Origin: Rhodosorus marinus CCMP1338
Taxonomy: Eukaryota; Plantae; Rhodophyta
Direction: 5' to 3'
Assembly (NCBI GenBank): GCA_029953675.1
Contig: JAMWBK010000009.1
Location: 310,001-374,000, forward strand
DNA: 64,000 nt
Part shown: one piece after another, positions 27,038-40,222 of the stretch
Layout: each line of letters opens with the position of its first letter
Numbering within the stretch: the first letter of the stretch is position 1
Notes under the pieces: generated by a model
Told to the model about the DNA's origin: nothing
Seen by the model: the letters and a program-made list of their open reading frames with translations, nothing else
Databases searched by the model: none
Translations under genes and position numbers: made by a program

Positions 27038-27760
27038 TCAAGCGACTCTACTGTACATATTTCTTTCCCAGACGAGTAGCACCCAAAAGAAAGACTGGGG
27101 TCGCTGATTAATCAGTCTGCAAATAATCTGCTGCGAAAGAGCCACGCGAATTCTTTGTTTCTTGAAAACCTTGCTCTGGAACGAGTCATAAACTCGGTCC
27201 TTGCGGAACAGCCAAAGCGAGGAAATCATCCTTGCTCAAGCGCTAACCTTCTCAAAGCTGATTTCCCCCTGCTCCTCCTGAGCCGGGTGCCTTAAAACCG
27301 CAAAGGCAATGAGATGAGGAGAATTGGGTGGGGGATATGATATAGACAGGCTCTCCAAGTCATTTTCCAACTGTTCTAACACTACCATAGCGTGCAGAGG
27401 CATCAACTTTCCCAACCAATCAGCGCATACTCTCTTCAGCACGGGCATTTTCCAGTGCCTGCATGCCGTGCTTGATACGAAAGCAATACAAAAAGGGAAG
27501 CAAGCGGATATGTAGAAATTGTTCTTGGACTCTACAGACCCTATTCCAATCCCCAGCACCCAACTTTCCAAAGCAATCCATCCGTACTCCCTCGAGCGCG
27601 AGCGGTTTTTTCAAGCGTTCACGCTGTGGTTGGTGCAACTGCTATACAGAGACCACTAGGCGAATAGCTGTGCTTGCCAAACTGATTTTGGAAGCGCTCC
27701 AATCTTGACCTAACAAAGCCAGGACTCAGCTCTTCCAAGCATTCCCCAGACTAACGTAAC
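27038..27760 (-). CDS. Possible multi-exon gene of unknown function
   Basis: Several coding-like minus-strand stretches (ELSPGFVRSRLERFQNQFG; VVLEQLENDLESLSISYPPPNSPHLIAFAVLRHP; FRKDRVYDSFQSKVFKKQRIRV); no motif recognised. Confidence 0.3.
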
Positions 27761-28212
27761 CCAAGCGCGGGCGGTCCCTTGTCAAGTGGTTGATGCAACA
27801 GCTATGGAGAGAGATGACGAAGCCGATAGATGCGCTCTGAAAACTGATTTGTTAGACGCTCTAATCGTATCATAACGAAAACAGGACTCAGATTTCCAAC
27901 GGAAGCTATCCCTACTCACACCCCCCTCCCTCCCCAGTTCCCGGGCTTTTCAAAGCAGTCTTGAAAGCCGAGAGGCGGGTGCAATATGTGCCGATGAGAG
28001 GATGAATGGGATGGGAGTAGTTGGTACTTTTCAATCTTTGAGGAGTGCGCGACTGCTCAATATTTAACCAAGAAGACATAGGTTTAGTATAGCAGAGAAA
28101 GAAATTCGATTCTTGATGAGGAGGAATGAGTATTTTTAAGGCGTAGTTAATCTGTTTGGAACGTTTTTCTGGTTTGAGTTTCGATTGACAAAATTGAGGT
28201 TTTGTGAACTTG

Positions 28213-28850
28213 ATGTCAGCGTTTCCGGAGGTACTGGCAAGTACGATGTTCGACGCTGCTGATGTCCCCGTAGGGACTGATTTGTTGGAGTATTCTGGGT
28301 TGCGGAAGGACCTGAATGAACTAAAGCAACTTGCTGCTAGAGGAAAGATGAGGTCCAGTTTTTCTCATCTGATAGCGGATATTCCTGGGGAGGATACTCC
28401 AATAAATCCCAAGTGCTCGGCGGGGTCGATTTGTGAGGTTGCTCTGCAACCAGCTGCCGAAGACGAGAGGAACTTTGAGCCGTTTGATGAGAGAGCCCTC
28501 AGGTATATAGGCATGTGACGGAATGAAATTGTTGAGGAGTGAATCGTATTCTAAGCACTTGTCTTTCACTCCTGTCCACTGCGTCATTTGAAAAAAGGCT
28601 CGCTCTGGTTTTGAGTGAGGATAAGGAACCAATTCCTCAGCCAGCTTGGCTGAAAATAGACCAAGCCGCGATCGGTGACGAAAAGAAGAGGCGCAAGAAG
28701 AAGAAGAAGAAGAGGAGAAAAAGAGGAAACGACACCGGTGACGACAAGTACGACTCCGAGCGCAGAAGCAAGCGCAGAAGAAAAGAAGGCATGGACAGTG
28801 ATGGTATTGGCCTGGACACTGACGCCGACAACGTTGCGAATATGAGCTAG
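28213..28850 (+). CDS. MED19: Mediator subunit 19-like protein, 2 exons
   Basis: GTDLLEYSGL...SFSHLIADIPG...FEPFD followed by a Lys-rich KKRRKKKKKKRRK tail, matching the MED19 layout (G.T.LI..Y.L...LS.FL.DLPG, then basic tail). Confidence 0.6.
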
Positions 28851-28929
28851 TTGTAAAAGCCACTGTCCTAATTTCTAGCTCCCTATAGCGGCAGTACTTT
28901 CACATAGAAGAGAGCATATATAAATCGCT

Positions 28930-29535
28930 ACCTCTAATATTCATCAGGTGCCGTTTAAAACACGAGTTCTGCTCTCTGACAAACTGCCTTATCCGGCAAT
29001 GGGATGAGTCTTGGTCTTGGAATTGGCCACTCTCTACCTCGCTGTCCGGATGGGTTGCAAGTAGTAGCCCCTCAGCAGTTACTAGTTGAGTACACCCCTT
29101 GAAGCCTACCATTGGAGAGCCGCTGGCTGCTGCCAAAAGCTGTCGACAATATTGTCCGTATGCGGATGAAAAGGGCAGAACATCCCTTTTGGATTACTTG
29201 TAGAAAGGTTCCTACACTCAATGGAAACGGCCTGCTCACATGCAATAATTCATTTCAGGACTCCACACCCCAGCAAAGATTCGCTATCAACATTCGACCA
29301 GTCAGGAGTTCCTGAGCAAAGAGGGTAAACACCTCCTCCTGTGTCAGATGCCATCCAATACGACGACGTGTTGATCCCGTTCGCTGCAGTAACCCAGGGT
29401 GGACCACCCATCCAAGCTACTCACCAAACAAATCTTCATAAGCCGCCCCTCATTTTCTCACTCCGCCCTCTTTCCCCCTCAAACAGTATCACCTGAGGAG
29501 CTTCTTCCGACCTATCTCGCTCCATACCAGAACAG
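28930..29535 (-). CDS. Possible small multi-exon gene of unknown function
   Basis: MERDRSEEAPQ|gtgata, EDLF|gtgagt...ctgcag|ANGINTSSYWMAS, MFCPFHPHTDNIVDSFWQQP with canonical splice signals; no homology recognised. Confidence 0.2.
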
Positions 29536-30055
29536 ATCTAGTGCTCTACACTAGCTTCAGTTGATTTGAGGTGGTCTTCATCGACACAGCATCAGCGTCG
29601 CCGCCATAACCACAACACCTTCTCACTCCATTCCAGAACACCCACTCCCCACAAGCCCGTTAGAATCGCCTATATGGCATGCGTTGGGGCAAATTGGGGC
29701 ATCAAAACCGTTGAAATCTGCACCATTATTTCAGTATAGCACCGGGGCCATTAAGGCAAAACACATTGAAATTTGCAAACATTATTCCACATGGCATGGG
29801 GCATGCCCCCAAAAACGTGGCTGTACTTGTAAAATAGTAAAATATTAGTACACACACAGATACTTCCTTTTTCCCGTCGTAATGTTTTAACTTGGTGAAG
29901 AAGATGGGCGGGGTCGGTTAGTTGAGGGAGGAGAATGAGAGAGGTAGGGAAAGGTGAGAAAGGTAAGGATATTCTGGAATTTAAGAAGAGCATAGACTAT
30001 TTGGAGAGTTGAATAATCTGTTTGTAGGTTGTAGTTTTAGAGATTCTGTGGAGTC

Positions 30056-31434
30056 ATGGGGAAGGCGAAACCAAAATTTAAAGGGCCGCAGAAGGAGATG
30101 ACTGCTGAGCAAGCGGAGAAGTTAAGGAAGTGGCATGACGTGGCGTTGAGCTTGAGGAAACCAGGAACAGTAGATTGGAGGGAGGCTGTTGTGTCGAGAA
30201 CCAGAGTAGAGTACTTTAGGGGAAAGGATATGGCCGAGCACTTGAAGAGTCATACAGCTACAATCGACAACGCCCTTGATGGTAACTACAGATAGAATTT
30301 GGCAGAGACTTGAGTGGTTATTTAAAGCACGCTCAGGACTGATAGGCTTATACTGTTCTTATGGATAAGGAATTGATACGGCGTCCATGCCCGTGGACGA
30401 GCAGGTTCAACTATTCATGACAGTCATGATTCAGATGGGTCTTGCAATTAGAGCGGACAGGGTAGAGGCAGACAGGACCCCTCGACAAGGAAAGAAAGGA
30501 TTGATAAAGTGGCCAAAGAAGCTGTTGCAGCTCCCCGGCGAGGTAGGAAATATGTTTGTTCACATCAACGAGAATTAGCGCTTGAATTGCGCGACTAAAC
30601 TGTGTTCTTGCTGGGTCTTCTTCAACAGGATCAAGTGTGGAATCCAAAGGCGTTCTATATCTGGTCGTTTGCCAGACCAACATCACCCTGGTTGTATTTG
30701 GGGTCGATTTCTATCGTATTGTTGGTCGCCGCCGTATGCCTGTATCCTCTCGCTCCGCTGAAGCTTAAGTGGCAAGTGATTTCGGTCTTGTCCGTACTCT
30801 TGATCCTCATGTTCGTCCTCATTGCATTGAGGGGGCTTATTTACGCAGTCATCTGGCTCGCAACAGGACGGTACGTCAGTTGCCAACATGAACTTCCACT
30901 AGATCCTGGCTTGTGGCTGCCATGTCAACATGCTGACACCAGCAGAAACTCTCTGCAACTTTCTGCAGGCATGTCTGGTTACTTCCACTTTTCTTCGCGG
31001 ATGTATCCGTGAGAGAATCCTTCTCAGTCTTAATAGCGGAATCAGTCGACGATGATGGAAAACCAGTTGAGAGGTCGCCATTCTGGACTCGCCTTGTTGC
31101 GATCGCCGTTGCTGTTGCCGTTGTCCACGCGCTCAGAAGCGTTGCTCCCGATCGAGCTGCTACAGCGAGAAGAGTCAAACGAATGAACCGCTCTGTAATG
31201 GAATACTTTGAACTGCTATCAATGGACGACATGGCGAAATTAGGAGGCGCATCAGGAGATTTTGTATCTGAAGCTGATGCCGCGAATATTGATCTTTCAG
31301 AAACTCAGCCTGGAGATTTGAACGAGGACGCCACGGGAGGCACGTCCTCCGCTGCAGATGGGGATACACGTGCAAATCCTGACCAGTACAGAGAGGGCGC
31401 ACCAAATCAACAAATCCACGACGAAGAGCTGTAA
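30056..31434 (+). CDS. SEC62: Translocation protein SEC62, multi-exon
   Basis: RVEYFRGKD, KKWPKKL-like KWPKKLL, FYIWSF, AVCLYPLAP, two transmembrane helices, RGLIYAVIW..G-HVWLLP.FFAD.SV.ESF. Confidence 0.88.
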
Positions 31435-31555
31435 ATCCGGTTTCATTCGTCCAGCAAAAAGTGAGACCTGTTTGCAGGCAAGACAGAAAACGCGCTTGCT
31501 TTGCTCACGGACATTCATGACGTTGGGACGATCTTTTTCAAAGGGAAACCCTATT

Positions 31556-32010
31556 GTAAGCGCGAATCCTGAGCCCGTCTCCTTAATGCACTGGGATTGG
31601 TAGCTTCCAGCAGCTCGAGACTGTTCCTCGGGGCGTCGAACTGCCGAAAAGGTCAGCAGATCACGTGTAGTACATTACACCTCCGCTGAGCCTTGTTGTC
31701 GCTTGATTTCCACCCCCTTTAACGCGACTTGTACACGATTATCTCTAACAGAGAGGGAGGCAGTATTTCTGTGACTGAAGCTATCCCACCCAGTGGGTGG
31801 GCGCGCACTAACAGCAGAAGAAATCTTCTTTCAACTCACAATCTACTGTAGGCGCTAGAGTCTAAGGGGACCAAAGGGCGGCACAAGATAGTTGTAATAT
31901 ACGGAAGATAAAATTATCTAGAACGTCCCAACTGATTTATAAAACTTCAAACCAACTCCGTCCCTGTGTGTCGTTACCCGCCTGATAAACCGTCGTCCTC
32001 TGACCCCCAT
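31556..32010 (-). CDS. Possible small multi-exon gene of unknown function
   Basis: Spliceable segments DNRVQVALKGVEIKRQQGSAE|gtgtaa...ggcag|FDAPRNSLELLEATNPSALRRRAQDSRLQ*; no homology recognised. Confidence 0.2.
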
Positions 32011-32409
32011 CCATCTCCCAATAGGAAACGAGGTTCTCTTTAAAATCGGGAAAAATTATAGACGAATATCCATAGCAAACTAAAATCATATAAAACCTGA
32101 GAACTCAAACCTCCAACCTTCCAGCAGGGCAAGAAGCTCTCCCAATCAAGACTCTTGAAAGTCTTTCGTGAACCAATTTTAGATTAAAAAAATGACGTAC
32201 CTCGATTGCAGCTCATCAGCGATATAAAATAAAGCTGGCAAATAACTAATTATGTTTAGACACGCGTCCGTTGAATGGAATCGTCTGTTGATAACTCTAT
32301 CAGATGAGTTTTTTTTTGTTCCAGCTAAGGTTAGCTGGAGCTTGAGTAGTGTTTCCAAGTACTAGAAATAGAGATGGGCAGGACTAAGTCTAGCGCCTGT
32401 CCGTACCGG

Positions 32410-32990
32410 ATTCAATGATAATCCAGTAGTTGCTGTGGTGACATAACCTCATCGTCATCGTCATTTCCTCGGAGACGGCCAAACCCTGAAGGAAATATAC
32501 ACACCGAAGAGGGAGAACGGAGTGTAGCCGGGACTTGGCTGCAGACCGGTCGGTTTAATGAACTACTGTGTCAGCATATCAGAGATTGACGTACACGTTG
32601 AAGGAGGAGTTTTGAATAGACTCATGATGGTCATCATCATCCAAAGAAGCAAACATCTTCGGCGGGACTTCTGTACAAGCACTAGGAGGCTAAGTAGTAG
32701 TCTGGCTAAAAACCCGCTACGAGGGGGTATTCGGCAATCGTCGCTATTAAACCGACCTGAATTGTCGCATTCAGCCATCTCCTGCACTGAAGGAGGAAAA
32801 TGCTCCTTGCTGAAGGAGAGATTCCTGCCCATCACCGGACAGGGAAACCGCTAGGAACTGTCGAGGACGACAAGTTTTGGCCAACTATGATCAAATACTT
32901 AAGATTGCAGAGAAATTCTTAGTACTTCCTTGCTATTCCTGGTGTTGAGAACTAGCCAGCTTCCTCAGTCCCTGCTCAAATCCCATCGCC
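32410..32990 (-). CDS. Possible small multi-exon gene of unknown function
   Basis: Segments EVPPKMFASLDDDDHHESIQNSSFN|gtac and cttcag|GFGRLRGNDDDDEVMSPQQLLDYH*; no homology recognised. Confidence 0.25.
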
Positions 32991-33818
32991 ATGCCAACCT
33001 TCCCACATCGAACACCAATCAAAACAAGGAAACACTTTAGGATTCCAGCTCTCCCTCCCCATCCTAAATAGTCCTCCATATACTAAATATAGAAAATATA
33101 GTACTCAAAAATAGATCGATCAAATCCGTAATTGTCTATTAAGCAGCATCTGATTCGCCAAACAGATAAAAATACAAATAAGCCCATTTGGATTTTGTTC
33201 AAAATAACAAAGAAAAAATGGCCATCTATCTCTGCAAAATAGTCTTAGCCAAGTTTCTATTGATATTCGATTCCCCCTTCCCCCCGATTTTTGCCTTCTC
33301 AGCTTCGGCAAATGTTCCGCACTAGCAGCACCTTTTGGCCTCACAAAGCTGGGCAAAGGTCCCGAGTGGAACATTTGCCAAGGTGGAATCATGTACCTGA
33401 AAATGGCCAGCCAAAAGTAAAACACACAAAGGGGGTATATTTTAGTCTACTACAGTATTCTAATATGCATTTATCTAAGGGGTATATAAAAACTATACTC
33501 TCAAATTAAACTTGAATAGAGCGTCTCCATACCCCTCTCCCTTTACGTGAGCTAAATTTGCAAATGGATTGTTAGCCGTTCTCACAGGGGGTAAATTAAT
33601 TTTTAGGTCATTAGGGTAACGAGGATTTGTGGAGTTGGGAGTTAGTGGTCGTGGTCCCTGTGACAGAAGAGGGTTTGGAAGATCTCTAATCGTTATTAGG
33701 GAGGAACGGGGGCTTTGGTTTGGGTGTGTGTAGTGAGAAGGGAAGAGTGTGGGTTTTTTTCTTCTCTTTTCTTTCCTTTCTAGGAGAGTATGTGATTCTT
33801 TACCCTGTATCGTTAATC

Positions 33819-35659
33819 ATGAATGGTAGTGGAGAATCCGGATATGGATCGAGCTCTGGTGGGACTGGTGACGATGATGAGGAACCTGGGGTTTTCATGC
33901 GCCAGAGGGGTTTGATGGATGAAGTTTTTGAGGAGGCTAAGGCCCAGGTGCAGTTGATGTTACCCACAGCATTGGTGTATGCTTCGTCCGTTCTGCTCTG
34001 GCTGGTGTCCTTTGCGGTGTTGGGAAGGCTAGGAGAAAAGCAGCTTGCTGGCGCGTCGCTTGGAATGACTTTGTCGAATCTTTTCGGGAATGTGGTTACT
34101 CTAGGGCTCTCTTCGGCATTGGATATCCATCTAACTCAGGTTTGTACAGTGCACCCCGCCCCGTCCGACTGTATTGGGCTGGTTACTGATGACAGAGCTT
34201 GATTGTGCTCGGACATGTTCCAGGCGCACGGTGCAAGGCAGATCAGATCTATGCAAGCCGCACTTCAACGTGGTATGCTGGTTTTGACCATCGCTTGCGG
34301 ATGCCTTTCAATCATCCTGTTCAATGGGGAAAGGATCCTGCTTTTGGCAAAGCAAGATCCCGAGCTAGCGAAAATTGGAGGTGCGGGGAACACGATTCAC
34401 TAAACAGGTCCTTCGGCAGCGCATAAGAGCCAGCAAAAAAATTCTAATCTGGCGTGTTTGGGATCGATAGGCACGATTATGAAGTGGACGTGCATCGCCA
34501 TCTGGCCAATGACTATGTTCGACATCGTCAAGCGTTATTTTCAAGCTATGTCACGGCTTCGACCTGCCCTAGTGACAACTCTGTTTGCGCTGGTCGTTAC
34601 GATCCTGTCAAACTTCCTCCTCGTGTTTGTTAAGGGATATGGAGTCAACGGCGTCGGAGCGAGCCTTTTCCTTGGCAATTTGTCTATGTTTTTAACGATA
34701 TTTGCGTATTACTGTTACAGTGAAGTGCCAGATACTTGGTGGCAGCTTTCTGATGAGGCCTTTGAAAGATGGCAGAACTTTCTGTCCCTCGCGTTCCCTT
34801 CATTGGTGAGCGCGACCAAGTGCAAGCATTTCCTCTCCTTCAACGGGTTTTTTGTCCTGACCACCTCCGAATCCCGGCAGGTTATGATGTTCTTCGAGTG
34901 GGGTTCTTTTGAAGTTGGGCTGCTCATAATCAGCTATCTCGGTCCGGAGACAATAGCCACCCAGACGATTCTCATGAACGCGGCCTATTTGCTCTTCACG
35001 ATACCAGCGGGCGTTTCGACTGCGGCAGTTACCAGAGTAGGAAACCACCTTGGCGCCGGGGATGGTAGGGCTGCTGCAATCGCAAGCAACGTGTGCGGTG
35101 TCCTTGCGGGTCTGTCAGGCATTGTAGCCGCAGCCTTGCTTACCTTCACCCGAAATTACTGGCCTTACATTTACACCAATGATGAGTCCCTCCTAGCGGC
35201 CGTCATAGAGGTGAGTTGACGGGCTTGGCCGCGCAACATGTAGTATCCCTGCCAACTGATCAAGGAGTATTTTCTTTGCAAGTGTAGGTATCACCGTGGC
35301 TTGCGATATTTGAGCTTACGGATAACATCCAGACAACCCTAGGTGCTGCGGTGAAAGGCACAGGAAGGCCACACTTGGGCGCCATCCTCACCGCTATTGG
35401 TTTTTGGGTGATCTCCGTGCCTCTGGGATCGTATATCTCGATAACGCAAAAGACAGTTGCGGGAATATGGCAAGGATTCCTCTACGGAGAAATAGTGTTG
35501 ATCTCATCGTACGTATACGCCTTGTATGTAACGGATTGGCAACTGATGGTCGAGAAAGCGCAGCATCTCGTATTATCGGATACCAAGAGTCGGGATCCGC
35601 TCTTGAAACGTGCGAATGCCATTCCTCCTAGTCCCATTCCGGAGACAATCTTTGTGTAA
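33819..35659 (+). CDS. MATE family efflux transporter, multi-exon
   Basis: VLGRLGEKQLAGASLG, GLSSALD...QAHGA, LAFPS..MMFFEWGSFE, IPAGVSTAAVTRVGNHLGAG, GAVKGTGRP; about 12 hydrophobic segments. Confidence 0.92.
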
Positions 35660-35851
35660 TAGAATCGTCGACCGCAACTAATTTTTATAACACGAATAAA
35701 CATGTTAGTAAACGCGATGCGCGACTACAGCAGACAGAGGAAAAAAAAAAACAGGAAGCAAACTCGCATTGTAGAACCACACAGTTGACAGCTTCGCTCA
35801 TGCGCGCCTTCTGCGGAGTGCAGCTGCGTTTGACAGAGCTCCCGGAATACT

Positions 35852-37259
35852 CTAGTTTGGCACCGGGTCAGCGCACTCTTCTACAGTCCTCGTAGCAAAT
35901 GGGATCTCCTGCACAACCCCCTTGACACCGTTCTGCGCCTGTACTTGAAGACCTGCACCTCCAAACTGGGGAGACAAAACCCTTTTAGAATATGAGGCAT
36001 CCTGGACAAGTTGCTGCTACCCTACCTTTCGTCTTATATAGGCGAGGCCGATCCCTTTACCATCGTCAGCAGCTATGCAGCTGGTGACGACGCCAGCCCT
36101 GTTATCTCCAGCGAACAGTTTCTCTCCCACGGGAACGGGCTCGGAGAATTCGACACCGTACAAGTTCTGTTTTACACCGTCGTACGTTTTCAACTTTGCG
36201 ATGGTCTCCTGTCCTATGTAGCATCCTTTAATGAAGCTGACCTGGAGTGTATGGGGAGGTGCAACGGTCAGCGAGAACTCGGAGGACGCGGTTAACAAAC
36301 TTCTGTAGAAGGGAACTCAACAGTTTTCCAGAGTCCAGCTTCCAGAGGATTGAAATCCTCAGTGAGTTCTTTTCCTACGAGTGGACGCCCATCGAGGATC
36401 CTACAGCAGAACACTCGAGGTAAGATGTTTTCGTTGTTGCAGGCATCGTTAGAAGATTCCCGGTTACCTGCGTAGATCCCATTCATTTTCGTTGATCTCA
36501 TTCCCAAACCCAGACTTGGTCAGAAAGCTGACAATTTTGCGCGCCTGATCTTTTTCGGCGAGTACCGTGAAGCCGTCAAGAGTAAGTCCACTGCCGTGTA
36601 TGATCGTGACGCTCGTATCGTCTATTTGAGTTTGCGTAAAGCACCCGCGTTCGGGTGTGAGCACGTCTTGGTCGGAAAGTATTGAAAGGTCTCCAAAAAC
36701 CGAAATCGCTGAGAGCTTGTCCGAGCGATTATCAATAGCGACCTTATCGCGCGGAAAGATGTACCTTTTGAAAATGGTCCAGGGTGAACAGTTAGCCTCC
36801 TCTGAGCTCCTCCACACGGCTGAAGAGAGTTGCGCTCAGCATCTTCAGCGGAACAGAATCGTACATATCAAAAAGCGAGTAGAGCGAATCGGCGCTTTCT
36901 CCCGAGAATAGGAGGCTCAAGCTATCTTCGCCAGCCAAGACGGTGAGTAGTTCAAGAGTCCGGCCAGTCTGGTTGGTCACGGTTGTCAATTGAGTCTGGC
37001 CGGGTTTCAACGCCTCGATGTTGTTCGTACTCAGATTATGCAGAAACCGCACCCGATCGGCTCCCGATATCTCGATGAATCCAGGATTCGAGTCCTCGAA
37101 AACCGCATTCTGCGTCGTCACATCGGAGCCCATCGAGGTACGCCACACCGTCGAGCGGACTCTGCTTGACGATTTAAACCGTCTCCGCTCGCATCTGAAC
37201 TTCTCATTGCCACAGAACAACGAACGAGAATTCGATAGCAAAGGAGAGACGAATGCCAT
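35852..37259 (-). CDS. YgfZ/CAF17-like folate-binding aminomethyltransferase-family protein, plastid-targeted
   Basis: MAFVS transit peptide; IEISGADRVRFLHNLSTN; FNPLEAGL; signature KGCYIGQETIAKL. Confidence 0.9.
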
Positions 37260-38336
37260 ACTTGAGACCTTCGTAGCTTCCACAAGCTAATGACCTTATC
37301 TCCCTCTCTACCAGCAGTCCCTCAGACGGCACAGATACCTTTTCGATCCCTAACCACATCTGTTAAACATATCTCCCGTAATCTAATTACCTCCGAATTC
37401 AGAGAAGCCAACAGCAGTCCAATGAACTTCAACAAAATTATCCTGCGACAGACCCTCTAACCAATAAACGGATCTAAGAAAATCAAACACCGAATAGAAC
37501 AATGAGAATCAGCGGAGACCTCCAGTTTCTACACAATTACGCAAAAGCAAAAATAAAAAAGCGTAATTATCTGACAGACAATTCTGCTATCTTGAAATTC
37601 ATAAATAAACAGACACAATATTAAAGCCGAAATCCATCCGAGCTTGAAATGCTTTAATAATTAGACATAAAACAGCGCCAGCAGAATCCTAGTGGTCCAA
37701 ATTATTAAAGTAAAACAAGGAAACCGACCGGCGAACCAATTTATCCGTTCGTTTTTCAGATTCGATCCAAAAACTACGCAAATACATATTCACGGAACAT
37801 CTACCATTTACGATAATAACGAACGTACTACCCTAATAAAGAATAAAGCAATGCATAATAAGAACAAAGTCCGGAAAAGATTTACACAAAGCAGATAAAT
37901 ATATCTAGATTAAGAATACTTTTTAAACCCAAAGATCCTCAGAAGATTCTTAAAAATCTTTAATATCCTATTTTAAGATCGGTTTCAGCAATAAAATTTT
38001 CTTAAAAGATATTCTTGGCCTACAATGTGCCTAAATTGTTCTTAATGAAGGTTTGGCCATGGTCGTGAGCTGGGGATTTCTATTTTGTGGTTGTTTTGAT
38101 GGCGACGAGGGTTTGTCATGAAAAGGTCTTCTCTTCGATGGGTCATTTTTTCTCTTCTCTTTTCTTGTGGAACTGATTTTCTGGTATATGAACTCTGCGC
38201 GGTTAAGCTCTTTCCGGGGCAAGTCTGTTGGGAGAGGGAAGAGAGAGAGGATCAGGGTTTATTTGGGATTGAATCGAGAGATTAGGCGCGTTTTTTTGCC
38301 AAATTTGGATTGTTGAAAGCGAAGTTGAGATCCAAA

Positions 38337-40222
38337 ATGTCTGTTTGTTTTGTCGGAGGGTTTGGGTTGGGAAGCGCGCTAAGGGCGCCGAGGTTGTCCT
38401 CCCATCGGAGTAGAACGATGCTGACGCGAGCGAGTTTGTCTGTAGAGGTTGAAACGGCGACTGTTTTGCCGATTAAGAAGATTTCCGGCGAGGTAGACTG
38501 TGACTGAAGGATCAATTCTAGTGGTTCCTCCGGCGGCGGATGAGACCCAGCAGGGGGCGTGCCGGCTAGCCGTTCAGCGCAGTGTTAGCGTTGCTAACTA
38601 GAAACTTTCCTGATGCTATTGTTTGTGTGGTTTGCAGGTCACGCTGCCGGGATCTAAATCCTTGTCGAACCGAATGCTGCTGTTGTCGGCTCTGGCTGAA
38701 GGCAAAACGGATGTCCTCAACTTATTGCACTCAGATGATATCACGTACATGCTTGGTGCGCTTACTGCGCTTGGCATTCCGTACGAGTACAACCAGGACG
38801 ATAAGAAGGTTACAGTGGATGGGTGTGGGGGAAAAATCCCCAGCGAAGGAGCTGAGCTTTTCTTGGGAAACGCTGGCACGGCCATGCGCCCGTTGACCGC
38901 AGCTCTCTGTGTTGGAAACGGAAAGTACGTCAATACGAGCCTATGGATTTTTACAGTTTCATGCGAATGCCTGTTCCCTATCTTCCTGACCTGGCTTTTC
39001 CCGGCTCAGGTTCATCCTCGATGGCACCGCGAGAATGAGAGAAAGACCAATTATTGACCTCGTCGATGCTCTTCAACAGCTGAACGTTGATATTACTTGC
39101 AGCGACACCGGGTGTCCACCAGTCGTTATTAATGCGAGTGGCATCCCGGGAGGCAGGACCAAGGTATCGCTCCGTTCCTCTTCTCCTCACGCGCTGAGCC
39201 ATATGCGATTTCTCGCAGAGCCAGTTGTCTCAAGCGGCTTTTCTGCTTATCGCGCTCCAGGTCAGCGGCAAGATTTCGTCCCAGTATCTTTCCGCGCTCC
39301 TCATGGCGTCGCCTTATGCAAAGAGTGACGTTGAGATCGAGATAACTGACACACTTGTGTCTGTTCCTTACGTGCTGATGACGATCAAGCTCATGGAACG
39401 TTTTGGAGTGGTTGTGGAAAATCTTGATAACAAAGTGTTCAAGGTTGCTGGAAACCAAATGTACAAGGCACCAGGGAGAGCGTTTGTTGAAGGTGATGCT
39501 TCGTCAGCGTCCTACTTTCTCGGAGGTGGAGCAATTACTGGCGGTCCCGTGACGGTCGTTGGATGCGGTAAGACGTCTCTGCAGGGCGACGTTGAGTTTG
39601 CCAATGTTCTTGGATTGATGGGCGCCAAGGTGAGTTCTTGGAGAGCGCACTCCGCGAGCACCGCAGCTAGCTTATGGTGTAAGTGGTGGTACATTTACAG
39701 GTCGAATGGTTTGACGAGAAGATCACAGTTAGCCGCCCGGAAGGTACAACACTCAAGGGCATCGATGTCGATTGCGGGGACATCCCGGACGCGGCAATGA
39801 CACTTGCGGTAATCGCATTGTTTGCAGAAGGCAAGACGGCAATCAGAAACGTGTACAACTGGAGAGTGAAGGAAACCGAAAGGATGAAGGCGATCGTAAC
39901 CGAGCTGAGGAAACTTGGTGCTACAGTGGAAGAGGGCCACGACTATTGCGTGATTGAGCCTCCAGCGGTAAGCTGCTGCTTTGGTAGCGCCAAAGAAGCT
40001 GTCACTCTTTTTTCCGCACGCTGACCTGCTAGGTTGATTTCCTGTTTTACCTTCTAGAAACTCAACGAAGCGAGCATTGACACGTACGATGATCATCGCA
40101 TGGCCATGGCGTTCTCACTTGCAGCATGCGGTTCCGTACCCGTGGTGATCAACGACCCAAAATGTACTGCAAAAACTTTCCCAACTTACTTTGACGAGCT
40201 GCAAAAATTGATCCAGGAGTAA
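38337..40222 (+). CDS. aroA: 5-enolpyruvylshikimate-3-phosphate synthase, plastid-targeted, intact copy
   Basis: [86 protein letters not shown]. Confidence 0.97.

Noticed and set aside
37534-37567. Small inverted repeat aattacgc...gcgtaatt in the YgfZ/EPSPS divergent promoter region
   Set aside because: An 8-bp stem in AT-rich DNA is expected by chance; no further support
13781-40222. Chorismate-related cluster (MenD, YgfZ-like folate protein, EPSPS)
   Set aside because: The genes are separated by many unrelated genes and the YgfZ link is indirect; consistent with chance in a compact genome
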